Shown: positions 18,109 to 26,909, numbered from the stretch's first letter. The stretch: 53,822 nucleotides of DNA from a virus (IMGVR_UViG_3300021256_000058:1-53822); one strand, 5' to 3'. Numbers and translations are program-made. The notes: a model not told the origin generated them from the letters alone.

Positions 18109-18333
18109 TCATACGTCTCTTACTCCAATATATTTTTTAAGATAAGGACTATATTTATGCCATGAATTATCTTTGCAAATAGGACATCTAAGACGATAAC
18201 CCCATTCACAATTACGATTTTCATATTCATAATCCCATTTATCAGCTTGATAAACACAACCACATTTAAAACAAGTAAATTCTTTACGATCTTGTGGATC
18301 TGGCTGTTTAATAATCGTAATCATAAAATTCAC
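18109..18333 (-). CDS. Small Zn-ribbon protein
   Basis: CFKCGC...CPIC. Confidence 0.65.
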   Translation of the reverse strand: MNFMITIIKQPDPQDRKEFTCFKCGCVYQADKWDYEYENRNCEWGYRLRCPICKDNSWHKYSPYLKKYIGVRDV

Positions 18334-18347
18334 CTATAAATTTAATA

Positions 18348-18421
18348 TGGCAGGAGAGCAGGGATTCGAACCCCGATTAGCGGTTTTGGAGACCGCGGTC
18401 CTACCGTTGAACGACCCTCCT
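18348..18421 (-). tRNA. tRNA-Trp(CCA)
   Basis: GCGGT-CTCCAAA-ACCGC, GCCA. Confidence 0.95.
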
Positions 18422-18467
18422 ATAAATTGGGGCATATTTCAGCCCCCCCTCTGCTTAGGCTTTAAGA

Positions 18468-18809
18468 TTAAAACCAAAAGTTATCAAAGAAATTATCAAA
18501 GAGATTAAACCAAGAATCTTCTCCACCTTTTACAGTATAGTGATATGCGCCATACTTGTCACAGAACTTTAAAAGTTCTTCCTTATAAGCCTTTTGAGCT
18601 TCAATAAGAGCCTGACGCTTTTCTTCTACCTTGGCAGCCGCAGTCTTGCGTTCTGCAATCATTGCTTCATTCTTAGCCTTACGTTCTACAAGAGCCTTCT
18701 CTTCGGCAGCTTTCTTTGCCGCAACTGCTTCGTCGTATTCCTTTTCTGCGGCGAGGCACTCTTCAACAGTTGCATATTCTTTTCCAGTTTTTTCACATAT
18801 AATTTTCAT
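18468..18809 (-). CDS. Coiled-coil hypothetical protein
   Basis: Start placed at MKIICEK, Ala/Glu/Lys-rich. Confidence 0.7.
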   Translation of the reverse strand: MKIICEKTGKEYATVEECLAAEKEYDEAVAAKKAAEEKALVERKAKNEAMIAERKTAAAKVEEKRQALIEAQKAYKEELLKFCDKYGAYHYTVKGGEDSWFNLFDNFFDNFWF

Positions 18810-18915
18810 TGTAAAATTCCTACCTTTTACATAATATTTAGAAAATAGTGCTGATAATCTCCTGCGCATTCTCTCGTTCCTACCCGAGTCTCGACTCATA
18901 CTACCTATTTTCTAA

Positions 18916-18992
18916 TGGTACGCCCTGAGGGATTCAAACCCCCGACCTTGCGGTCCGTAGCCGCACGTTCTATTCAGCTGAACTAAGGGCGC
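18916..18992 (-). tRNA. tRNA-Arg(ACG)
   Basis: TGCGG-CTACGGA-CCGCA. Confidence 0.95.
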
Positions 18993-18997
18993 ATATA

Positions 18998-19075
18998 TGG
19001 TACCCCAGGAGGGACTCGAACCCCCGACCCTACGCTTAGAAGGCGCATGCTCTACTCCAACTGAGCTACTGGGGC
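18998..19075 (-). tRNA. tRNA-Arg(UCU)
   Basis: TGCGC-CTTCTAA-GCGTA. Confidence 0.95.
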
Positions 19076-19078
19076 ATA

Positions 19079-19153
19079 TGGAGGTCCCTGCCGGACTTGA
19101 ACCAGCATCTCAAGGATTTGCAGTCCTGCGACTTACCATTTGACCAAGGGACC
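19079..19153 (-). tRNA. tRNA-Cys(GCA)
   Basis: CAGGA-CTGCAAA-TCCTT, U73. Confidence 0.93.
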
Positions 19154-19230
19154 TGGTCCTCGCCCTGTGAATTGAACACAGAACCTTTCGATTATAAGTC
19201 AAATGCTCTGACCGATTGAGCTAGGCGAGG
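19154..19230 (-). tRNA. tRNA-Ile(UAU)
   Basis: TTTGA-CTTATAA-TCGAA, ACCA. Confidence 0.9.
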
Positions 19231-19233
19231 ATA

Positions 19234-19309
19234 TGGGGTGACTGGCGGAACTCGAATCCGCAACCACTTGAGCCACAATCAAGTGCTCTACCAGTTGAGC
19301 TACAGTCAC
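19234..19309 (-). tRNA. tRNA-His(GUG), no encoded G-1
   Basis: CTTGA-TTGTGGC-TCAAG, C73; base at -1 is T. Confidence 0.92.
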
Positions 19310-19310
19310 A

Positions 19311-19386
19311 TGGTGCACCTTCAGGGACTTGAACCCTGGGCACCCTGATTAAGAGTCAGGTGCTCTACCAACTGAGCTAAAGGTGC
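19311..19386 (-). tRNA. tRNA-Lys(CUU)
   Basis: CCTGA-CTCTTAA-TCAGG. Confidence 0.95.
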
Positions 19387-19480
19387 ATATTTAAGAGATT
19401 TACTCTATTATAGCCCGATACGTTCTCCTAAAACGAGGGCGTATGCTCGGAGGTAATAACGCTTTCGCTCCCTCTCCCAA

Positions 19481-19555
19481 TGGTACCTCAAATTGGACTT
19501 GAACCAATATCTTACGCCGTATGAAGACGCTGCTCTACCATTAAGCTACTGAGGC
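19481..19555 (-). tRNA. tRNA with CAU anticodon (elongator Met or Ile2)
   Basis: GCGTC-TTCATAC-GGCGT, ACCA. Confidence 0.85.
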
Positions 19556-19581
19556 ATATCGCGGGAGGGAATTTACTTCCC

Positions 19582-20682
19582 TCAAACCGCATATTTGTAA
19601 ACAAAATCATCTTTACACTTAAAAAGTGTAACGCTCTTCACCTTACGATTTTTAATAAAATCGCGTTTCTCTTCTGGCATAGCTTCCAAATCATCTTCAT
19701 CATAATCAATACTTACTTTTGAAGCATCAAGACTATAAATTGTACGATCTGGATCATATTTTATGTCACTACTATGGAAATCTAATCTAAATGTTGCAGG
19801 ATCGCCATAAACCCACTCGCGACAAACATCTCTATAAAAATCAACATCTACTTTGCGGGCTACTGAGAATCCGCCATCAGTCCATTCAATATGGATATCG
19901 AAGTAAATGATCTTTTCACGAGAGATATTCAAATCCTGCACAGTCTCTTCAAGACTATACCCATTGTTAATTTCAAAAGCGATTGCTCTTAAACAATCGT
20001 ATGTTAAATTTCCACCAAGAGAGAAATTAACAATCTGAGGAATATAGAAATGATACTGCGGAGATAGCTTATCTCGCATATACTCTTCAATTTCTGAAGG
20101 ATTTGGATTACCAAGAGTAAAATGATAATGGAATCTGCCAGGACGATTCAATAGATAATTATTTAACTGCCGCAATTCATTACAAGTAATTACGAACAAT
20201 TTCTTACCACTATCTACGCCATCAAACAAAGATAGCATTTCTTCTTGCGGTTTAACCTCTTCCGTATCAGCAAATGTTTTTTCAAATTCATCGAACAACA
20301 CGATTACTTCTTGTTCAATGGAACTGATAAAATTAGGAAGCCCAGGAATAAATTGAGAACAAATTAGAAGAGGAAGATTGTTCTCAGCAGCTTTCTTTGC
20401 TAAAATACGAGCAAATAAAGATTTGCCAACTCCTTTGGGGCCACTAAGAATGACGCCAAAATTCCGATCGGTAGCACCAAACGACCGCAAAATTTTATCT
20501 ACTTTTTCCTCTGAATTTCCATAAACTTTATCTTCTTTTACAAGAAGGTCTGAATGTGAGGTGAGGAAAAACCCCATCATTTTATGAAAGCTAATTTCAT
20601 ATGTACCTACTGGAAGTTTATCATAAGATTTAATATCTTCCCCATAGATCTGAAAATTGCTTCCCGCCTGAACTACATTCAT
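19582..20682 (-). CDS. AAA+ ATPase
   Basis: Walker A GPKGVGKS, Walker B VLFDEFEK, NRPGRFHY. Confidence 0.9.
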   Translation of the reverse strand: MNVVQAGSNFQIYGEDIKSYDKLPVGTYEISFHKMMGFFLTSHSDLLVKEDKVYGNSEEKVDKILRSFGATDRNFGVILSGPKGVGKSLFARILAKKAAENNLPLLICSQFIPGLPNFISSIEQEVIVLFDEFEKTFADTEEVKPQEEMLSLFDGVDSGKKLFVITCNELRQLNNYLLNRPGRFHYHFTLGNPNPSEIEEYMRDKLSPQYHFYIPQIVNFSLGGNLTYDCLRAIAFEINNGYSLEETVQDLNISREKIIYFDIHIEWTDGGFSVARKVDVDFYRDVCREWVYGDPATFRLDFHSSDIKYDPDRTIYSLDASKVSIDYDEDDLEAMPEEKRDFIKNRKVKSVTLFKCKDDFVYKYAV

Positions 20683-20711
20683 TTATAAGTCTCCTTTTTA
20701 TTTAGGACTAG

Positions 20712-20786
20712 TGGAGCTGCCGGAGGGAATCGAACCCACAACCTATTCATTACAAGTGAATTGCACTACCGTTGTGCTACGACAGC
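20712..20786 (-). tRNA. tRNA-Thr(UGU)
   Basis: ATTCA-CTTGTAA-TGAAT. Confidence 0.95.
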
Positions 20787-20789
20787 ATA

Positions 20790-20865
<76 letters not shown>

Positions 20866-21096
20866 ATTCCTTATCTTTATTGTATATATATTATACTATA
20901 TTTTTTAAAAAAAATCAAGTTAGGTTTTTTGCCGCACTAACTTGATTTCTTTTGCTGGCTTATGCACCGTGTACTTTGGCATCGGAACCAGTACCATTAC
21001 ATTAGTGCAGGCACTAATTTTTCTGGAAAGGCTTATCCTTTTACGCATAATTTAACAAGCGATATTTACTTCTAAATACTTTCTCCTCACTTACTC

Positions 21097-21173
21097 TGGT
21101 GCGCACTGTAGGACTCGAACCTACGACCCCCTGCTTGTAAGGCAGGTGCTCTAACCAGCTGAGCTAAGCGCGC
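21097..21173 (-). tRNA. tRNA-Val(UAC)
   Basis: CCTGC-CTTACAA-GCAGG. Confidence 0.95.
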
Positions 21174-21216
21174 ATAAAATAGGGAGAATAATTATTCTCC
21201 CTGAGATCTTTTTACA

Positions 21217-21759
21217 TTAAGGCCACTCGCCAAGAGGCTTACCAAGCTGACCGCGTTCTACATCAGTACAATAATGTACCTGTGGAAGATTTGCATCTGC
21301 AAAAACTTCTGCGGCAATATCCTGATAAAGAGTGCTGAGCAAGCCATGAGCATCATTTAGGTTATCATTAAAGAACTGCACAACACAATTCTTAAATACT
21401 ACATAGACAAAATCTACAAAGAAATAACCTTCTTCTACTGGTGCGACACAGTAAGCAAATGCAGGATTATTTTCAAAAGCAACTTCAAAAAGTTCTTTTG
21501 GACTTACAAAAGCACGATTACTAAATGTACCATCGACATTGATCTTTAGAGTAACATTACCAAATTTCTTCTCTTCTGGAAGAAGTTTGCGGATAGCAGT
21601 TGCTTTATCGCCACGGCCACCAACTGCAAGTGTTACACATGGGCCGTTTTCATCTTCACCAATATTAAAGGCAATTAGTGGATCACCATCAAATAGTGCT
21701 TCAAGCATATTTGTATAAGTAATCCAAGGTGGGGAAAGTTTCAGTCTAATATCTGCCAT
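21217..21759 (-). CDS. Conserved hypothetical phage protein, 180 aa
   Basis: Start MADIRLKLSPPW with AAGGAG SD. The track extension crosses tRNA-Ser. Confidence 0.75.
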   Translation of the reverse strand: MADIRLKLSPPWITYTNMLEALFDGDPLIAFNIGEDENGPCVTLAVGGRGDKATAIRKLLPEEKKFGNVTLKINVDGTFSNRAFVSPKELFEVAFENNPAFAYCVAPVEEGYFFVDFVYVVFKNCVVQFFNDNLNDAHGLLSTLYQDIAAEVFADANLPQVHYCTDVERGQLGKPLGEWP

Positions 21760-21788
21760 ATAATCTCTCCTTGTTGCAAAAAGATAAA

Positions 21789-21880
21789 TGGCGACACAGG
21801 AAGGATTCGAACCTTCGGACCCCGTTACCAGGGTCAATGCCTTAGCAGGGCACCGCAATCGGCCTCTCTGCCACTGTGTC
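21789..21880 (-). tRNA. tRNA-Ser(GCU)
   Basis: GTGCC-CTGCTAA-GGCAT, long variable arm, GCCA. Confidence 0.93.
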
Positions 21881-22128
21881 AAATACATATAAAAAAACGG
21901 GGAGAAAGAAAAACGAGTTATACAAAGAAAGGGGTATAACCTGGATGTAAAAGACTCTCCCGCGTTAGGTCTTTTGTTTCCATATACTTTAAAATATATG
22001 GAAAAGGGTAGTGAATTCCTGCAGCCAATGACACTTGAGCGCTGTCGCATATAAACAGTCGTTTTATCATGGTTCCCCATTTGCAGGTCTTGTGCTTGCT
22101 TTGACGCGTTACGGGCCAAGCGAAGCCC

Positions 22129-22238
22129 TGGTGGGTCAGGACAGGATTTGATACCTGCGAAGCACTTTTTTAGCTAGCATACAGTGAAGTGCACCGGGAT
22201 TACTGACCGGCCCCTTTGCAATACTTGGATACTGGCCC
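22129..22238 (-). tRNA. Atypical tRNA-Tyr(GUA)-like gene with oversized variable arm
   Basis: GGGCCAG/CTGACCC-ACCA, loop CA-GTA-AT, GCACTT/AAGTGC arm with 19-nt loop, 8-nt T loop. Confidence 0.55.
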
Positions 22239-22314
22239 TGGTGGGCAGAGAGGGCATCGAACCCCCGACGCCAGGCTCTTCGGGCCTGCGCTCTACCAGC
22301 TGAGCTATCTGCCC
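22239..22314 (-). tRNA. tRNA-Phe(GAA), C33
   Basis: CAGGC-CCGAAGA-GCCTG. Confidence 0.92.
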
Positions 22315-22317
22315 AGA

Positions 22318-22512
22318 TTAATACTTGAAAATCAAAAGCTGATCTTCAACAATTTTATTAGGATCGGTGATATTATTCCACTTGCAAATATCTTCAATAG
22401 ATACGTTAAATCGAGCAGCAAGGGCACCAAGTGTATCACCTTTTTGAACCCTATACGGAATTTTTGTTCCGCCATTAATCTGGGCAAGATCTATATCATT
22501 TAGCTAAATCAT
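22318..22512 (-). CDS. LysM-domain peptide with double-glycine-type leader, 64 aa, TAG at codon 3
   Basis: AGGAG SD; MI(Q)LNDIDLAQINGG-TKIPYRVQKGDTLGALAARFNVSIEDICKWNNITDPNKIVEDQLLIFKY. Confidence 0.8.
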
Positions 22513-22522
22513 ATTGATCTCC

Positions 22523-22924
22523 TTACCAACTATCTATATCAGTTATATCTTCAGATTGTCCACAAATAGGACAAGTGATTTTTATACAAGTCCCAATCCC
22601 CGTACCAGTTAATTCATAGATATATGTATTACCAGCAATTTTACTTTTTAACGGCTCCGCGCACATTTTCCAATGCTTATCTCGAAATGCCTTTTCCGCA
22701 AGCATTTCTTTGTCACTCATTTGAAGCAAAGAATGGCGATATGTATCTGCGGCAGCATCCTTATACTTTTGGATTTCTTCATCTTTATTCCATGCTTTTA
22801 GAGTTGCTTCCATATCTTGAACTCTATTTCGCATATATTCATAAGAATCTCTTAATCCTTGTAGGGCTTCATCAAAAGGTTTTATTTCTCGAAATCCCTT
22901 ACTATCGTTTACATAAAACCCCAT
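22523..22924 (-). CDS. Hypothetical protein with C-terminal CPIC
   Basis: ORF track, AAGGAG SD. Confidence 0.75.
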   Translation of the reverse strand: MGFYVNDSKGFREIKPFDEALQGLRDSYEYMRNRVQDMEATLKAWNKDEEIQKYKDAAADTYRHSLLQMSDKEMLAEKAFRDKHWKMCAEPLKSKIAGNTYIYELTGTGIGTCIKITCPICGQSEDITDIDSW

Positions 22925-22946
22925 TTAAATTCTCCTTAATTATTTT

Positions 22947-23064
22947 TCAAGACACATTAAAAGTGAATTATTGGAATTGAACCAATTACATTTTGTTTAT
23001 CATACAAACGCTCTACCAAATGAGCTAAATTTACTTTCTTGTAAATAATTGCTGTGTGTGTCTT
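22947..23064 (-). ncRNA. ACAGCAA-handle RNA copy 6 enclosing a complete tRNA-Ile(GAU)-like cloverleaf
   Basis: AAGACACAC-ACAGCAA...TAGCTCATTTGGTAGAGCG, TTTGT-ATGATAA-ACAAA, ATTGG-TTCAATT-CCAAT...TGTGTCTT; no CCA. Confidence 0.8.
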
Positions 23065-23065
23065 A

Positions 23066-23144
23066 TGGGTGCAGGGGTTGGATTCGAACCAACGATCTTC
23101 GCCTTATGAGGGCGACGAGGACGACCAGACTCCTCTACTCTGCA
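23066..23144 (-). tRNA. tRNA-Met(CAU) with initiator-like D arm
   Basis: TCGCC-CTCATAA-GGCGA; D arm GAGGAGTCTGGTCGTCCTC. Confidence 0.85.
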
Positions 23145-23253
23145 ATATATAGCGGTAGTTTATAGAGCTTGACCGCGCGCCTCTCTCCTACGCCTCCAGA
23201 CGGGCTTTAAAGAAGTATCTATTTTATCACTCTGGATATTTGGTTAGGAATTA

Positions 23254-23331
23254 TGGTGATCCCTGCCGGATTCGAACCGAGCGTTACCGCCGTGAAAGGG
23301 CGGCGACCTAGGCCAACTAGTCGAAGGGACC
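23254..23331 (-). tRNA. tRNA-Glu(UUC)
   Basis: CCGCC-CTTTCAC-GGCGG. Confidence 0.93.
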
Positions 23332-23714
23332 AGATAAGGCAAGTAGTAATTGCCTTTTCCGCAGATTTTCTGACTTGGTGGAACTTACCCTACTACTGGG
23401 CTTTCGACCTCACAGTTTCGTCTATCTTCATGAGTAGTACCCTCCACTACCAGCCCCGTCCCTACGTATTTCACGTTCAGGACAGGGGAGGACTCGCACC
23501 TCAGCATTTCAGATCTGCTTTAAAATGTAGTCAATTTATATACCGCCCTACTACTCTCAGGTCGGTTGCTAATTCAATTAAAATCCTAATAACCACCAAT
23601 TAGCTGTGAGCTATTATTAAAAGGTTTATAGATACGACCTCAAAACCTTATTTCCTGCCGTTCCTTCCCTCTGGCCACGAGGGGGTTGCTACTCGTATCA
23701 TTCCAAAAGCGCGC

Positions 23715-23792
23715 TGGTGACCTCTCGGGGGCTCGAACCCACGATTGCCGGCGTGAGAGGCCGGACTCCTAAGCCATTTAGAGGAAGAGGCC
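23715..23792 (-). tRNA. tRNA-Glu(CUC)
   Basis: CCGGC-CTCTCAC-GCCGG. Confidence 0.93.
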
Positions 23793-23796
23793 ATAT

Positions 23797-23860
23797 ACAA
23801 GACAGCGTTGCTATAGTTTCAGATTACCAATCAGAAAAGCAGAATTGCTGTTGCTGTCTT
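23797..23860 (-). ncRNA. ACAGCAA-handle RNA copy 7 displaying a Thr(GGU)-like loop
   Basis: AAGACAGC-AACAGCAA...TTTCTGA-TTGGTAA-TCTGAAA...GCTGTCTT-GT. Confidence 0.7.
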
Positions 23861-23903
23861 TCTTTATCTTATATATATATTATATCAAAATTTTTTAAAA
23901 AAA

Positions 23904-24701
23904 TCAATCGAGCTTACTTCTATTCCAAGCATTTAATATTGAATTTGCAAATTTATAAACAGGTTTTGGTAATACTTGAGGAGGAACTACTAAATTTTCA
24001 TCATCTTGATTATTGTCATAATCAATAAATGCACGAGCTTCTGCAACTAAATTTTGGTCGTAGTTAATATGAAAATTTCCTAATCTACCAAAAGAAGTTC
24101 CCCAAGAATTTTGACACCAAAAACCTGTCTCATCCCAACCATAAATTACAATCGCATGATACCCCATACCGGATGCTTTATTAAATGTAATATAACCATT
24201 ATCATCTTCATAATCATCATACCAACGTAAAGCGCCTAATACTGGGCCATAATTATAAATTGCATATTTTATGTCTTTATATGTTGGGCACGCAAAATAT
24301 GACTCAACATGATATGGATAACCATTTTTAATATTAGAATCATTTACCTATGAAGCAAAAATACGATGTGCCATTGGTTTTTCATAATTACCTGGGCATT
24401 CTGATTCTAACATGTCTCCATACTTCTAGACAACTTCACAAGCATCTCTTAAATACATTCCAAACTCGTTATCATCATAAAATCCATAGATAAAATTAGT
24501 AGATAATCTATGTCTACCTTTATCATGATATTCTAAGATAGATGATACCGCATGAGCTACACACGAATTTACTGAGCCTTGGTGTTTAATCTTCTAAGGA
24601 TGACTAAGGATATATTTTGGTGGAAGCTAAACTGCTCCTGCGCGCACTTTATAGTCGCGTATATCAACCTTAGAAACTCGACAACCTTTTGCCTAAACCA
24701 T
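23904..24701 (-). CDS. Papain-like (C1) cysteine peptidase, 265 aa, 5 in-frame TAG codons
   Basis: Readthrough of TAG at 24693, 24627, 24594, 24426 and 24348 gives QGSVNSCVAHA (catalytic Cys), GYHAIVIYGW (His) and QNSWG (Asn). GAAGGAG SD. Confidence 0.9.
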
Positions 24702-24731
24702 GTAGAGTCACTCCTTCTATATTAAATTGGA

Positions 24732-24818
24732 TGGTGGGCCGGGGTGGACTCGAACCACCGGTGTTTCTAATGTTACGGATTTACAGCCCGCTACCCTCGC
24801 CGCTAGGTATACCGACCC
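24732..24818 (-). tRNA. tRNA-Tyr(GUA)
   Basis: GCGGG-CTGTAAA-TCCGT, variable arm. Confidence 0.93.
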
Positions 24819-25067
24819 ATATAAAATTATCTGACTTACTTTCCGCCGTGACTGCTACTCCTAACAGTTTCTTTGGCTATTTTGCGGCGTACCGCATCTT
24901 CCATTGAGGACATAGAACGCTTCCTCCCCTACGGGTAGGCTTCCACTCAGTCAGATATGGTCGTTGGTCAATTAGCCAAACTGGGGACAAACTTGCCAAT
25001 CTTCTTTCTCCGCAATACCGTTTCCCCTAGGTGCGACACTCCGAGTACCGCAGATTCCCAACCAACG

Positions 25068-25152
25068 TGGTACCGAAAGTGGGACTTGAACCCACACGTC
25101 TCCCGACACCGCATTTTGAGTGCGGCGCGTCTACCTGTTCCGCCATTTCGGC
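25068..25152 (-). tRNA. tRNA-Leu(CAA)
   Basis: CCGCA-CTCAAAA-TGCGG. Confidence 0.95.
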
Positions 25153-25158
25153 ATAAAG

Positions 25159-25287
25159 ACAAGACACATTAATGAATTGATCGTTTTACAGACGATTGCC
25201 TATACCATTTGGCCAAAAAAGCTACATTCGCTTTTTATCGGATTCGAACCGATATTCTTCATAAGAAGAGTTTGCTGTATGTGTCTT
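25159..25287 (-). ncRNA. ACAGCAA-handle RNA copy 8, circularly permuted tRNA-Tyr(GUA)
   Basis: Order: T arm ATCGG-TTCGAAT-CCGAT, acceptor AAAAAGC-loop-GCTTTTT, D arm, anticodon arm ATCGT-CTGTAAA-ACGAT; opened at the variable arm and closed by AAGACACAT/ATGTGTCTT. Confidence 0.85.
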
Positions 25288-25303
25288 TAATATTAATAAT
25301 TAA

Positions 25304-25885
25304 TTACCAATTAAATGCATATCCAAGAGAAGTTTCATACTTGGAAGCCAGCATATCGGCAATATGAACATCCTTAGTCATAGGATTAATAGTAACAAGG
25401 AGTGCTTGCTCAAATGGCTCTACAGTATTTGCAGAAAATGCAACTGCAAAAATATAATCTGTGCCTTTAGTCATCTGAGTTCCCAGAAGAGCATAAGGAG
25501 TCATAGTTCCGCCAGTCCAAACTTCAAAGGCTGAATTCCAAACTTCCATAATTTCATCACTAAGCTCAGTCTGGACATCAATATTAACTCCTCCGAGCTC
25601 AGCGCCACTTTCAACGAGACGATCAATGCTTACAAGAGTAGCAACCATATCGTTTGGCTTCTCATTGAAAATCATCATCACAATATTAGCAGTATCTTTA
25701 CCACTAAGAACTGTCTGCTTTGCGAGAACGGCATGATTAATACCATTCACTACCTGTGAGCCAACATATGCGATAGGCTCATACTCTGCACCAACCAGGG
25801 TATCACTAAGAGCAGCAAGAGCAGAAGCAACCTTCTGAGGATATACTCCGATCTAAACTGCAATATCCCAACTACCAGTATTCAT
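25304..25885 (-). CDS. Two-repeat protein with cystatin-like QVVxG motif, 193 aa, 1 in-frame TAG
   Basis: Extended through TAG 25853 to ATG 25885 (AAGGAG SD). Repeats YEPIAYVGSQVVNGINH and MTPYALLGTQMTKGTDY. Confidence 0.7.
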
Positions 25886-25920
25886 CCAAAAACTCCTTTA
25901 CATATATATTTTTATATATA

Positions 25921-26005
25921 TGGTGCGGAACGCGGGACTTGAACCCGCACGTCCTAGGACACGACGACCTCAACGCCGCCTGTCTACCAATTACAGCAGT
26001 TCCGC
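25921..26005 (-). tRNA. tRNA-Leu(GAG)
   Basis: CGGCG-TTGAGGT-CGTCG. Confidence 0.93.
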
Positions 26006-26010
26006 ATATA

Positions 26011-26097
26011 ACAAGACACTAAATCCAATACAAGCAATTTTATGGCGCTTATCAAGGGAATTGAACCCTTGTGATTAATTTGCTGTTAAAGTGTCTT
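26011..26097 (-). ncRNA. ACAGCAA-handle RNA copy 9 (T arm plus acceptor-like minihelix)
   Basis: AAGACACT-TTAACAGCAA...AAGGG-TTCAATT-CCCTT-GATAAGC-GCCA...GCTTGT...AGTGTCTT-GT. Confidence 0.75.
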
Positions 26098-26098
26098 G

Positions 26099-26182
26099 TG
26101 GTACCGATGACAGGACTTGAACCTGCACACCTTACGATACTTGGTTCTAAGCCAAGCGTGTCTACCATTCCACCACATCGGC
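26099..26182 (-). tRNA. tRNA-Leu(UAG)
   Basis: CTTGG-CTTAGAA-CCAAG. Confidence 0.95.
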
Positions 26183-26340
26183 ATACAATTGCCCGCGTCA
26201 TACGTCGATAGGAGCCACATTTAAGGATTACTCTTACCCTTGTCCAAGTCCCTCGCGGTTAATTAAATAGGGAGCGATATTATGTAGCTTTAAGGTCAGC
26301 TAACCGCACATCCGTTTAGGCTCTTATTTGCTATCGAGCA

Positions 26341-26416
26341 TGGCGGCCCCAGGAGGACTCGAACCTCCGACAAGCCGGTTAACAGCCGGCTGCTCTACCA
26401 ACTGAGCTATGAGGCC
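26341..26416 (-). tRNA. tRNA-Asn(GUU)
   Basis: GCCGG-CTGTTAA-CCGGC, GCCA. Confidence 0.95.
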
Positions 26417-26788
26417 ATACATTCTTACTTTTGGATTTCATCGTCACCGCAAGGAAGAGATCAAATCTCTACCTCGCCATTCAAGATTGCACGCACATAA
26501 TCCATATCCATGTATCTAACCATAGTTGGATTGGAAGCAATTGCGAAAGCAACCATTGCTCTCTTCAAATTCTTGAAGAATTCCATGACAATTCATCCTC
26601 TCATATTCAATTACTGTGTCGGGCGTGCAGTTACAATCACGCGCATCCTTGATAGATTTCACATCCTTCTTAACTGGGACTGCTGCAGCCACACCCTGTT
26701 GAGTTGGACCTCAAAGTGTTCTACCGTACAGGCTTCATTTTCTTCTCGGCTTTTAATGCTTGCCTACCGACATATTTTTCTTTTTTTA

Positions 26789-26907
26789 ACAAGACGGAAT
26801 TAATACGTGTGCTACCATTACACCAAGCCATCGACCTCGATGACCCTGAAAATCGAATCCAGACCACGGACAGGACAGGTCAAAAATGATATTGCTGACA
26901 CCATCTT
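26789..26907 (-). ncRNA. ACAGCAA-handle RNA copy 10, YrlA-like permuted tRNA module
   Basis: AAGATGG-TGTCAGCAA...CTGGA-TTCGATT-TTCAG, closed acceptor GGTCATCG/CGATGGCT, D arm GTG-TAATGGTAG-CAC...CCGTCTT-GT. Confidence 0.75.
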
Positions 26908-26909
26908 TA

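Noticed and set aside
21760-22119. N-terminal extensions and short ORFs crossing RNA genes (also 13838-13885, 14265-14549, 14638-14823, 26936-27151)
   Set aside because: They overlap clear tRNAs or structured RNA, and better starts with SD sites lie downstream.
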